Assembly: GCA_963735595.1 (NCBI GenBank)
Contig: CAVTLK010000004.1
Span: 192,001-256,000, forward strand
Reading direction: 5' to 3'
DNA length: 64,000 nucleotides
Origin: an uncultured delta proteobacterium
GTDB lineage: Bacteria; Desulfobacterota; Zymogenia; Zymogenales; Zymogenaceae
A model generated the notes under the pieces. That model was not told where the DNA came from, did not search any database, and saw only the letters and a program-made list of their open reading frames with translations. The translations under genes and the position numbers were made by a program. Each line of letters starts with the position of its first letter. Position 1 is the stretch's first letter. This document shows, piece after piece, positions 54,977 through 64,000 of the stretch.

Positions 54977-55375
54977 CTATCGATGTTTTACGTAGAAGTA
55001 GACCCACGCAACGAAGAACGCCGGGAAAAACACGAAACAACCCCAGATCTCGCTCGGCGCCCAAGCGAGCAAAAGTACGTACAGGCAGGCAATCGTCGCA
55101 AAGAGCGTCAACGCGATCTCCATCAGGACGGGGATTCTCACCTCGTCCCACCGTTTTGCGACAAAGCAAAACCAGTCCTTTACCGCGATCGCCAGAATGA
55201 TGGCCCCAGTGAGCCGCATGGTGCACGGGTTGACGGAGCCGAAATGCCTGAACAGGTCGGCGAAACAGAGCGGAGTGAAACAGAAAAGAAGACCGAACAG
55301 GAGCGAAACAATACCGTGAATCAGGAACAGGTACTTAAGACCCGGTGAAATTGTCGATTCTTTCGTCAGTGCCAT
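54977..55375 (-). CDS. Small 4-TM membrane protein, paralogue A
   Basis: AAGGAGG RBS; GLKYLFLIHG, KDW, AKRWDEVRI and FFVAWVYFYVKHR. Confidence 0.8.
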   Translation of the reverse strand: MALTKESTISPGLKYLFLIHGIVSLLFGLLFCFTPLCFADLFRHFGSVNPCTMRLTGAIILAIAVKDWFCFVAKRWDEVRIPVLMEIALTLFATIACLYVLLLAWAPSEIWGCFVFFPAFFVAWVYFYVKHR

Positions 55376-55408
55376 GATACCCTCCTTAGTTTATAAACAA
55401 GGAACAGA

Positions 55409-57103
55409 TCATTTCTTTTCCTTCTTCGTCTTTTCCATCTCCATCGCCCTGAGTTCTTTTCTGAGAACCTTCCCCACCGCGCTCATCGGGAGCGAATCCA
55501 CGAACTCGATCATCTTCGGTACCTTGTATGTGGCCAGCTTCGTCTTGCAGTAGTCGATAATCTCCTGGCCTTCGGCCTTCTGGCCTTCCTTGAGAACGAT
55601 AAAGGCCTTGACGGTCTCACCCCGGTACTCGTCGGGCACGCCGACGGTGCATGCCATCGCTACCTTCGGATGCTCGAAGAGGATTTCGTCTACTTCCCGG
55701 GGATAGATATTGTACCCTCCGGCGATAATCATGTCTTTCTTACGGTCGACGATGTAGAAGTAGCCCTCTTCGTCCATCGTGCCTATATCGCCGGTATAGA
55801 GCCATCCGTCCCGGATGGCGTGCGCGGTCTCCTCGGGTTTCTTATAGTAACCTGACGTTACCTGGGGTCCCTTGATGATGACTTCGCCGGGCTGGCCGGG
55901 CTCCTTCTCTTTTTGCCCGGTTTCGAGGTCAACAATCTTCATGTCGGTATCCGGGACCGGCAATCCGATGCTCCCCACCTTGGTCTTGCCTCCGTAGGGA
56001 TTGAGCGTCGCGATTGGTGTCGTCTCCGAAAGCCCGTAGCCTTCACACATCTTTGCCCCGGATATGCTTTCAAAATCCCGAATGACCCCGACCGGCAACG
56101 GCGCCGCCCCGGAGAAACACCTCTTGAGGGAGCTTACATCGTATTTCTTGAAATCCGGGTGTTGAAGCATCCCAACGTACATCGTCGGAACCGCATGAAG
56201 AAAGGTCGGCTTATAGGTGTCGATCGCCTCCAGGAGAGCCTGTGGCTCGGGCCGGGGAACCAGAACGATGCTGCACCCCATCCACATCGAAACGTTCATC
56301 ACGCAGGTCATTCCAAAGGTATGGAAGAATGGGATCGCCCCGACAAGGGACTCCTCCCCGGGGGATAAATCCGGAAACCACGCCATGCCCTGTTGGATGT
56401 TCTTGCTTAGGTTCGAGTGTGTCATAACGACACCCTTGGAGACCCCGGTGGTTCCACCCGTGTACTGAAGCGTGCCGATGTCCTCGAATCGTACTGCAAT
56501 CTTTGGGGGGTTCGGCTTATAGTTTTTGATCAGATCCAGAAACTCGTACACGTCGGGCGCCGGCTCGATCTTCCGGTACATCCCCTTCTTCACGTGGGGG
56601 AAGAGTTGCTTTTTCGGAAACGGAAGGTAGTCGTTGATATGACAGACGATGATCTTCTTTACGTTTGTCTTTGGTTTGAGCGCAATCATTCTCGGTGCGA
56701 GGAGATCTAACGTCACCAGGTACTCGGATTCGGAGTCGTTGAGCTGATACTCTAATTCCCGATCCGTGTAGAGGGGATTATTCGGAACGATGACTCCCCC
56801 TGCAACAAGACCACCGTAATAGGCAATCACCATTTGGGGGATATTAGGCAGCAGCGTTGCCACCCTGCTCCCCCTTTTTACCCCAAGGGCGGCCAGCGCT
56901 GTAGCAAAGCGGTCGACAAGTTCTCCCAGTTCCCTGTATTTTATTATCTTGCCCATGAATATGAGGGCGGGATTAACGGGGTATTTATCGACACTGCGAC
57001 GGAAGGCCTCGTGAATGGGGGTGTCTTCGTATGTAAGGGAACGCGCGACGCCTTTTGCATAGGCATTAAACCAGGGCCTGTCGTTTTTATTCGCATTTTT
57101 CAT
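55409..57103 (-). CDS. fadD: Long-chain-fatty-acid--CoA ligase, copy 3
   Basis: Intact ORF with [18 protein letters not shown] and LPMSAVGK; long stretches identical to copies 1 and 2. Confidence 0.95.
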   Translation of the reverse strand: MKNANKNDRPWFNAYAKGVARSLTYEDTPIHEAFRRSVDKYPVNPALIFMGKIIKYRELGELVDRFATALAALGVKRGSRVATLLPNIPQMVIAYYGGLVAGGVIVPNNPLYTDRELEYQLNDSESEYLVTLDLLAPRMIALKPKTNVKKIIVCHINDYLPFPKKQLFPHVKKGMYRKIEPAPDVYEFLDLIKNYKPNPPKIAVRFEDIGTLQYTGGTTGVSKGVVMTHSNLSKNIQQGMAWFPDLSPGEESLVGAIPFFHTFGMTCVMNVSMWMGCSIVLVPRPEPQALLEAIDTYKPTFLHAVPTMYVGMLQHPDFKKYDVSSLKRCFSGAAPLPVGVIRDFESISGAKMCEGYGLSETTPIATLNPYGGKTKVGSIGLPVPDTDMKIVDLETGQKEKEPGQPGEVIIKGPQVTSGYYKKPEETAHAIRDGWLYTGDIGTMDEEGYFYIVDRKKDMIIAGGYNIYPREVDEILFEHPKVAMACTVGVPDEYRGETVKAFIVLKEGQKAEGQEIIDYCKTKLATYKVPKMIEFVDSLPMSAVGKVLRKELRAMEMEKTKKEKK

Positions 57104-57194
57104 AACGGTCTCCGTAAGAAGAGTACGAATATTGGACTACCCCCGATAGCAGCGCGCCTCGCGGCTTACTATCGGGGGCTCGGTCGGTTCCGGG

Positions 57195-57602
57195 CTATCT
57201 CCTGTACTTAACGTAGAAATAGGCCCACGCGACGAAGAAGGCCCCAAAGATAACGGTATTCAACCAGATGAGGCTTGCGGGAGCGGTGATTGCGCCAAAG
57301 AGGACCAGGTAGAGGCCGAGCAGCGTAGCCAGCAGGGTCCACACAACCTCCATCATGACGATAATCCGTACCTCCGACCAGCTCTTTGCGCGAAGGCATA
57401 CCCAATCTTTAAATGACAGCGCCAAATTGATGGCCCCGAAATACCTGAGTATCACATGATCGGTGGGACCGTAGTTGGACAGCTCCGCCCATTTCAACGG
57501 TACGAGATAGTAAGCAAGGCCGACACAAAGGGCTGAAATCCCGTGGATGATAAACAGTGCCTTCAGCCCCTTGGATATCCCGGAGAGTTTTTCTTTTGCC
57601 AT
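57195..57602 (-). CDS. Small 4-TM membrane protein, paralogue B
   Basis: GLKALFIIHG, KDW, AKSWSEVRI and FFVAWAYFYVKYRR. Confidence 0.8.
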   Translation of the reverse strand: MAKEKLSGISKGLKALFIIHGISALCVGLAYYLVPLKWAELSNYGPTDHVILRYFGAINLALSFKDWVCLRAKSWSEVRIIVMMEVVWTLLATLLGLYLVLFGAITAPASLIWLNTVIFGAFFVAWAYFYVKYRR

Positions 57603-57737
57603 GATTTCCTCCTTTGTTTTATATAAATAAAAGACAACGCGTTGAGTTTCGCAGATACATCTTTGATCCTAATAATCCCCCTGCTGCAGTAAGGCAGGGC
57701 TCTGCCCTATCAACCATCTCGCCTCCTCCTCGCGGGG

Positions 57738-58139
57738 CTACGACAGGAAAAAGGCACAGACAATAAGCACAATTGATACGACGGTCCCCAGCCATGGCGA
57801 GCCGTAACTCCTAAGCGGAAACGTAACATAGAGCGCAGTTGCTTGGCTGATAACCGTCAGGGATAGAAGCGTCCAGCGGACCAGATCATCGCCCCCGGCG
57901 AACCTTCCGGCAAGGAGCAATATGGTGACGCCGAGCGCCAAGACGCAGCCTCCAAAGCACCTCCTCAATCTCATGATGATATCCGCCGTCCGGGGTTCAA
58001 TCTCCTCCCGGGTACGTCCGATGTACTTAAGGTGATAGGCGAAAAAAGTCTGGCGGAACATGTAGACGAGGCCACCTGCGATCCCCATAGCCGACAGGAT
58101 GTAAAGGAGAACCTTGGCAATAAGCTCTCTTGTTTCCAT
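57738..58139 (-). CDS. Small hypothetical membrane protein
   Basis: GAGG RBS; about four hydrophobic segments; FFAYHLKYIG and SPW. Confidence 0.75.
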   Translation of the reverse strand: METRELIAKVLLYILSAMGIAGGLVYMFRQTFFAYHLKYIGRTREEIEPRTADIIMRLRRCFGGCVLALGVTILLLAGRFAGGDDLVRWTLLSLTVISQATALYVTFPLRSYGSPWLGTVVSIVLIVCAFFLS

Positions 58140-58402
58140 TATTTTACCTCTTCAAAATAATGTCCAGTTGATCTGCCTCATTGTAGAAAGCTGCCCAAAT
58201 CGGCACCCCCAACTTGCTCACCTTTCCCGCGGCCGGTAACAGGAGCTGATTTGAAGCGGCTTCAGTTCATTCCTTTTTTGCGGGGGAAACAGCTCCTTTT
58301 CATCAATTAGACATCAGCTTCCAAATTCGGGGGACAATTTGTTTGATCATCGCGTGGGCCAGCCTTTTCGGTGCAAGGCAGTGAACCGGTCCGCCCCGAC
58401 CC

Positions 58403-59716
58403 CTACATCGTCGTCAAGAACCCCTGCCCCTGTTTCTCAACTCCCTTTTCCATCAGCCTGAGGAACGAAGATCGAAACGTATCGCTCAGGATAAGCCTCT
58501 TGGTCGGTGGGAGGTTGAGGAAGGCGCCGAAGAATATCTGCAGGAACCGGTGGGTTTTGCTGTTGGGGTTGTCGAAAAGCTGATACTGGAGCGTCCCCCG
58601 CTCGAGAGATTGGAGGATCACCCGCTCAAACGTGGTCTCGGGATGCAGTACCCTCTTGTCGCTCTTGACCAGCCGTATGGACTCGGTCTTGCACTTCAGC
58701 GCGCAGACGCCGCACCCGAGACACGTCGCTTCGTCTACCTGCGGGCGTTTCTTCTTTTTCGGGCCGGGGTTCTCGAGGGCTACCATCTCGATGGCGTTGA
58801 CCGGGCAGGCCTTCACACACGATCCGCACCCCTGGCACGTCTCATCAGAGAAGGCCGGGGCAAGGGAGGACGAGACCACGAAATGCGAGTAGTCGAATCT
58901 CCTCATGCCTTCCAGGGCGTTGCAGCAGCAGCTGCAGCAATTGCAGATGAACGTCGGATTTCCCTTGTTATTGTCGGCAAGGAGGACGAGGCCGAAGTCC
59001 CGCGATTGCGCCAGGTTATCCAGCATCTCGGTCCGATCGGCCTCACGCGCCAGGTTATTTCTGACCATATAATCTGCGGCCATGCCGAATGAGGTGCAGC
59101 TGTCGAGCGGGACATCGCACTTTTTCTCCCCCAGGTGGAGTTTTTCGTGGCGGCAGGAGCAGTAGCCGATGGAGAATTTATCGTTCTGTTCTATGATGGA
59201 TGTAGCCTTCTCGTAGTCGAGGACCTCGACGAAATGAGACGGCTCGATTACCTCTTCATGCGGAATCGCCCTCATCCGCGCAAGCTGCTGCCCCTTGCCG
59301 TAGTTCATCGGGAGGGGTCCCTCCTCGCTGAGGAGGTACCGTGAGAAGAGCCGAGAGATCTCCTTAAACTCTACCCCCTTACCCCTCCTCATCATGGCAA
59401 GTTCGAAAATCCCGATGATCAAAGGGGAAATCGTGTAGTAATATGTGTCCTGAATAGAAAGGTCCATAACGAGTCCCTTGGAGCAAAGAGCCTTGAGACG
59501 CTTTTCTATGGCCGATACGTTGTATCCTGTCACTTCGGCGATTCTTTCAATAGTCTGCAAGCCGTACGGCATCCTGACGATGAGCTCGGCCTCCTCGGAT
59601 GTATAGAGCTCCTTCAGAATGGAATAGAAGTCCTCGTTCATCGGCACCCGCATCTCAAGCCGATCGATCTTCGTGCCGAGCCTCGTGAAGATATCTTTTC
59701 CGACCATGTGTCCCAT
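58403..59716 (-). CDS. 4Fe-4S dicluster domain protein with N-terminal HTH-like region
   Basis: Motifs CSCRH, FICNCCSCCC, CQGCGSCVKACP and CLGCGVCALKC; GGAGGT RBS. Confidence 0.9.
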   Translation of the reverse strand: MGHMVGKDIFTRLGTKIDRLEMRVPMNEDFYSILKELYTSEEAELIVRMPYGLQTIERIAEVTGYNVSAIEKRLKALCSKGLVMDLSIQDTYYYTISPLIIGIFELAMMRRGKGVEFKEISRLFSRYLLSEEGPLPMNYGKGQQLARMRAIPHEEVIEPSHFVEVLDYEKATSIIEQNDKFSIGYCSCRHEKLHLGEKKCDVPLDSCTSFGMAADYMVRNNLAREADRTEMLDNLAQSRDFGLVLLADNNKGNPTFICNCCSCCCNALEGMRRFDYSHFVVSSSLAPAFSDETCQGCGSCVKACPVNAIEMVALENPGPKKKKRPQVDEATCLGCGVCALKCKTESIRLVKSDKRVLHPETTFERVILQSLERGTLQYQLFDNPNSKTHRFLQIFFGAFLNLPPTKRLILSDTFRSSFLRLMEKGVEKQGQGFLTTM

Positions 59717-59751
59717 GATAAAACCTCCCACAATGGTTTATCTTTTGTTCT

Positions 59752-60453
59752 TCATTTCTTTGACGCCCTCCCGACGTCCATCTTCTCCAGGTCCCCCATA
59801 AGCGCCCCCAACTCGAACCAGGCGCGGGACGACTCGATCTTCATCCCCATCGTACTTGTCTCGATGAGTTCGAGGATTACCCCCCCGGTCCGCGTCGTAT
59901 CGAGGTAGGCGTATTTCGTCGTCGACCCCCCGAGATCCCCGCCGCTCCTGAGCAGGCCCGATTGCAGCACCCCGATACCGCATTGCCGGCACGAGGCGAG
60001 ACGCCGGTCGAAGTCATTCACGTAAAAACCGAGGTGGTGAAGCCCCTCCCCATGCCTTTCGAGGTGATCGGAATAGATACTCCGATCGCCGCCTTTGTGC
60101 TCGATAATCTCGTACTGCACGTTGCCGGCGAATGCCATCGCGATGTCAAGATTGAAGCGTATCCGTTTCTCTCCATGAAGGTAGTGTTCTTCGCCGGTGA
60201 ATTTCGATCGAAACCACGGCCCGATCCTGAACGCGCTCGAATAGAACTCTACGGCCTTCGGCAGGCTCTCGACTACGATCCCGATTTGCCCTACCTGGGG
60301 CACCGCGAGGATTTTCCACAGGTCGGTGTCATTCCGTATGGTCTTGTGCGGGTCTTTACGAACGGACCTCGCCTGCTTGCGTTTTCCCGCAGGAGACTTA
60401 TCTCCAAACAGATCTCTTATATAAATAGCCTCCTCAGGCTTAGGTATCAGCAT
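59752..60453 (-). CDS. VOC-family protein (glyoxalase / methylmalonyl-CoA epimerase-like)
   Basis: Motifs QIGIVV, QYEIIE, GEGLHHLGF and GVILELIE. Confidence 0.88.
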   Translation of the reverse strand: MLIPKPEEAIYIRDLFGDKSPAGKRKQARSVRKDPHKTIRNDTDLWKILAVPQVGQIGIVVESLPKAVEFYSSAFRIGPWFRSKFTGEEHYLHGEKRIRFNLDIAMAFAGNVQYEIIEHKGGDRSIYSDHLERHGEGLHHLGFYVNDFDRRLASCRQCGIGVLQSGLLRSGGDLGGSTTKYAYLDTTRTGGVILELIETSTMGMKIESSRAWFELGALMGDLEKMDVGRASKK

Positions 60454-60795
60454 TTTGTTATCCTCCGTGATATACGATTAGCTTAGGAACATAACCTCAT
60501 TTGTAAATATGTCGTATAATGAAAGGGAGACAAGGCACACGACCTCGATGAGTCGGACGGCAAAGGGGTTCTGCCGGGCCTGGCGGTTTCAGGGCATGCC
60601 GGCGGCGGGTGTGCGTATGATATTTATTGCGTGAAGTTTTGTGTGGAGTCGTGGATGAGTCTTGGCGATACGGTGTTTGGTCGCCTAATGCTAAGAAGGC
60701 GTGCTAAATAGTTATTTCTATGGATAGATTGGGTATCGATAGTTCGGCGCTTGTCGTTTTCCTCATAAACCTCCATATAGTAGAAATTGTAATAT

Positions 60796-60819
60796 TGTAA
60801 AGATAGTCTAGTCTTTACA
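60796..60819. promoter_or_regulatory. Inverted-repeat candidate operator in the divergent intergenic region
   Basis: TGTAAAGA-N8-TCTTTACA in AT-rich DNA. Confidence 0.5.
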
Positions 60820-61073
60820 GGAAATCAAGAGAAATATGCGTACATATATTGTATACATAACACCAAAAAATGCGACTTTTCGAGAGTACCACAGGGCGTC
60901 ATCGGATCTACCACGGAACGGCAACAGAGACGCAATGCAGAACAGGCAGGCCTATCCGGCGGCCATACTGCAACATTTTCCCGGAACCGCTGCATGCCCG
61001 AGAGCCTTTTTATTGACTCCGGCGGCCTTACCTGCTATTGTCTTATGCACCACACTACCAACGGGGACTAGCC

Positions 61074-61781
61074 GTGAAACGCACGCGATTTCTCTCGATC
61101 GTGACCGCGGTATCGATCGCCGGGGCCGTCGTCCTGTCTCATTCCGCGACGGCCGCCGATCTCGTGGCTACTGCAAACAAAAGCCTCGCGGCGGCGGCCG
61201 AGTCGTTGATCGCCTCAAAGGGCGAGCCCCGCACCTTCAGGTACGGTGCAATCGTGGACGACGCGAACAACCGGGGCGCATTCCGGGTTCCGGCCGTGAT
61301 TGCCGACCTGACGGGCCTGGATTTCGTATCACTTGCCGTTATTCAGCATCACGGAGGAGACGTGGGCCTGTACGCCGCCGTCAGCGGGCTTTCGGACTCT
61401 CTGCCGAACAAGGGGGAGGCCCTGGAGGTGTTGGCCCGGCGTCAGCTCATCTATTTCGAACGGCCCTATTACGAGAGCTACTTCCGCGATCTGTCCCGGG
61501 ACGACCCGAAGGCCTACGCGGACTCCGCGGCCGCCGAGATATGGGAGGCCTTCAAGGCGGAGTACGGCGATCTTTCGTCCACCGACCCGAAGGTCCTTGC
61601 GGATAAGTACCCGGAATGCGCCGACATTGCCGAGATCATCGGCGTCGATATCGTTCCGATAGCCGGCATCAGGGCCGTGGGGGGAATCTCCGGGATCAAC
61701 GAGTTTCTTATCCTTATGCCCGATACCCTGCCCGGTAAAGACGAGGCGCTCCGGGAGCTTTCCAAGGCAAAGAAAAAGTAG
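61074..61781 (+). CDS. Hypothetical exported protein
   Basis: GTG start; Sec-type signal peptide ending ATA-A; stop 3 bp before purL. Confidence 0.7.
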   Translation: MKRTRFLSIVTAVSIAGAVVLSHSATAADLVATANKSLAAAAESLIASKGEPRTFRYGAIVDDANNRGAFRVPAVIADLTGLDFVSLAVIQHHGGDVGLYAAVSGLSDSLPNKGEALEVLARRQLIYFERPYYESYFRDLSRDDPKAYADSAAAEIWEAFKAEYGDLSSTDPKVLADKYPECADIAEIIGVDIVPIAGIRAVGGISGINEFLILMPDTLPGKDEALRELSKAKKK

Positions 61782-61784
61782 ACT

Positions 61785-64000
61785 ATGGCACACCGAATTG
61801 AGGTGGGGTTGCGTGCTGATGTGCGCGACGCCCACGGTGAGAAGACGGCGCGGCGGATTCGCGAGGATCTGAAGATCGACGTGTCCGGGGTACGGGTCGT
61901 TTCGGTCTTCACGGTAGATGCCGAGCTAAATCCGGCTGAGCTTTCCACCATTGCCGAAAACCTCCTGGTTGACCCAATCATCCAGCACTATACGGTCGAT
62001 TCTCCCCTCGCGGCGGCCGAGGAGTTTGACTTTGCCGTTGAGGTCGCGTTCTTGCCCGGCGTAACCGATAACGTCGGCAGGACCGCCCGCGAGGGAGTAT
62101 CCCTTATCTTTCCATGCCGGTTATCGGCCGATCAGAAGGTCTATGCCTCGCTTCAATACCGTATCCGGGGCCCGATCGACCGGGCAGGGGCCGAGCGCAT
62201 CGCGACCGGCCTTCTGGGAAATCCCCTCATCCAGCGCTTTACGGTCCTCGACAGGAAGGGCCTTACCGCCGCCGGCGGGGTTACCCCGCACATCCCAAAG
62301 GTCACCGGCAGCCATGACCCCACGGTCGATACTATTGACCTCTCGGTTACCGACGACGAACTGGTGCGAATCAGCCGGGAGGGGGTGCTGGCGCTGTCGC
62401 TTGCCGAGATGAAGGCGATACAGGAGTACATCGGCGAGCAGGCGGGACGACCGGAGCGCGCACGAGCCGGCCTCGGAGATACAATCACCGACGTGGAGCT
62501 GGAGGTGATCGCCCAGACCTGGTCGGAGCACTGCAAGCACAAGATATTCAACGCGCTGATCGATTACGAAGACGATATCGGAAACACCGAGAAAATCGAG
62601 AGCCTCTTTGACACCTACATAAAAGGGACGACCGACGCCGTCAGGAAGGCCAAGGGCAAGGGCGACTTCTGCCTCTCGGTCTTCAAAGATAACGCGGGCG
62701 TTATATCTTTTACCGAGGACTATAACCTGGTCTTCAAGGTGGAGACCCATAACAGCCCCTCGGCGCTGGACCCCTACGGGGGGGCTCTGACGGGCATCGT
62801 CGGGGTGAACCGGGACCCGTTCGGCACGGGGTTGGGCTCCCGCCTCATCTTCAATACGGACGTCTTCTGTTTTGCCGACCCCGGCTTTACGGGCGAGCTC
62901 CCTCCCCGCCTGCTGCATCCCAAGAGGGTCTATGAGGGTGTGCGGGAGGGGGTGGAACACGGCGGGAACAAGAGCGGTATCCCGACGGTCAACGGCTCGA
63001 TCGTCTTTGACGACCGCTTTCTCGGAAAGCCGCTGGTATACTGCGGGACGGGCGGGATCATGCCCCGGACGATCAACGGCAAACCGTCCCACGAGAAGCT
63101 GTCACTGCCGGGCGACCTCATCGTCATGACCGGCGGGCGGATCGGCAAGGACGGCATCCACGGGGCGACCTTCTCCTCGGAGGAGCTGCACGAGGGGTCG
63201 CCGGCCACCGCCGTGCAGATCGGGGACCCGATCACCCAGAAGCGTATGACCGACATGCTGCTGGTCGCCCGCGACCGGGGGCTCTATAACTCGATCACCG
63301 ACAACGGGGCGGGGGGGCTGTCGTCGTCAGTCGGCGAGATGGCGCGGGACACGGGGGGGTGCGTCCTCTATCTTGATAAGGCTCCGCTCAAATACGAAGG
63401 GCTGCGCCCCTGGGAGATCCTCGTTTCCGAGGCCCAGGAGCGGATGACCCTGGCGGTGCCCCCGAAGCATATCGACGAGTTCATGGGGCTTGCCCGCCAG
63501 ATGGAGGTGGAGGCGACGGTGCTGGGGGAATTTACCGAGACCGGGCGGTTTCACGTCCAGTTCGAGGGAAAGACGGTCGCCTACCTCGACATGGAATTTC
63601 TCCACGAAAAGAATCCCCCCCTGTCTCTATCCGCCCGATGGAGACGGCCCGTACACCCCGACCCCGGTTTTGCCGTCCCGCCCGACCTGGGCCGGGAGCT
63701 GCTGGCGATGCTGTCGCGGCTGAACGTGGCCAGCAAGGAATCGGTGGTGCGCCAATATGACCATGAGGTGCAGGGGACGAGCGTCATCAAGCCGATGGTG
63801 GGCGCGGGGGGAATCGGCCCGTCTGACGCCGCCGTCATCCGGCCGATCCTCGACCGGGACGAGGGCGTGGTGATCGCCCACGGCATCTGCCCCAAATATT
63901 CGGACATCGATGCCTATCACATGGCCGCCAACGCCGTGGACGAGGCGGTCAGGAACGCCGTGGCCGTCGGCGGGGACATAGACTATCTGGCGGGACTGGA
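61785..64000 (+). CDS. purL: Phosphoribosylformylglycinamidine synthase large subunit with N-terminal PurS-like region (indel near 62115; truncated by window end; absent from the ORF track)
   Basis: Hand translation gives MAHRIEVG, LPGVTDNVG, QTWSEHCKHKIF, DNAGV, FKVETHNSPS, GKDGIHGATFSS, AVQIGDP, DNGAGGLSS, SEAQERM and QYDHEV. Confidence 0.95.
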   Translation, partial: MAHRIEVGLRADVRDAHGEKTARRIREDLKIDVSGVRVVSVFTVDAELNPAELSTIAENLLVDPIIQHYTVDSPLAAAEEFDFAVEVAFLPGVTDNVGRTAREGVSLIFPCRLSADQKVYASLQYRIRGPIDRAGAERIATGLLGNPLIQRFTVLDRKGLTAAGGVTPHIPKVTGSHDPTVDTIDLSVTDDELVRISREGVLALSLAEMKAIQEYIGEQAGRPERARAGLGDTITDVELEVIAQTWSEHCKHKIFNALIDYEDDIGNTEKIESLFDTYIKGTTDAVRKAKGKGDFCLSVFKDNAGVISFTEDYNLVFKVETHNSPSALDPYGGALTGIVGVNRDPFGTGLGSRLIFNTDVFCFADPGFTGELPPRLLHPKRVYEGVREGVEHGGNKSGIPTVNGSIVFDDRFLGKPLVYCGTGGIMPRTINGKPSHEKLSLPGDLIVMTGGRIGKDGIHGATFSSEELHEGSPATAVQIGDPITQKRMTDMLLVARDRGLYNSITDNGAGGLSSSVGEMARDTGGCVLYLDKAPLKYEGLRPWEILVSEAQERMTLAVPPKHIDEFMGLARQMEVEATVLGEFTETGRFHVQFEGKTVAYLDMEFLHEKNPPLSLSARWRRPVHPDPGFAVPPDLGRELLAMLSRLNVASKESVVRQYDHEVQGTSVIKPMVGAGGIGPSDAAVIRPILDRDEGVVIAHGICPKYSDIDAYHMAANAVDEAVRNAVAVGGDIDYLAGL

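Noticed and set aside
58140..58350. Selenoprotein or riboswitch (minus-strand frame reads ...GS-TGA-C...)
   Set aside because: There are further in-frame stops, no RBS, and no recognisable SECIS or aptamer.
93..64000. Mass pseudogenisation or programmed frameshifting
   Set aside because: Essential genes are affected, motifs are intact on both sides and I saw no consistent slippery sequence. Sequencing error is the simpler explanation.

Overview
A 64 kb chromosomal stretch from a GC-rich, probably anaerobic bacterium. The gene content is consistent with a Desulfobacterota/'Deltaproteobacteria'-like fatty-acid degrader, which is inference only. About 20 otherwise intact genes carry scattered single-base indels, most likely long-read consensus errors rather than pseudogenes, so many CDSs below are stitched from several ORFs. 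Housekeeping genes include pth, a membrane pyrophosphatase, uvrA, ttcA, tsaC, PTS enzyme I, a two-subunit biotin-dependent carboxylase and a PurS-fused purL that runs off the right end. Acyl-CoA metabolism is heavily represented: four AMP-forming acyl-CoA ligases (three close paralogues), a stand-alone Pat-like GNAT, an enoyl-CoA hydratase, a CoA-transferase and a BKACE/DUF849 enzyme. There is also an AT-rich toxin-antitoxin islet (MqsR-like toxin plus Zn-finger/HTH/Panacea antitoxin), EmrAB preceded by a tetraheme cytochrome c, and several REP-like or tandem repeats. No tRNA, rRNA, CRISPR array, integrase or transposase was found. The best candidates for something undescribed are the co-oriented cluster at 52.3-60.5 kb (VOC, 4Fe-4S protein, small membrane proteins, CoA ligase, BKACE, CoA-transferase), a divergent M28-fold protein beside a Na+/solute symporter, and an SPL-like radical SAM protein with a possible clamp-binding tail.
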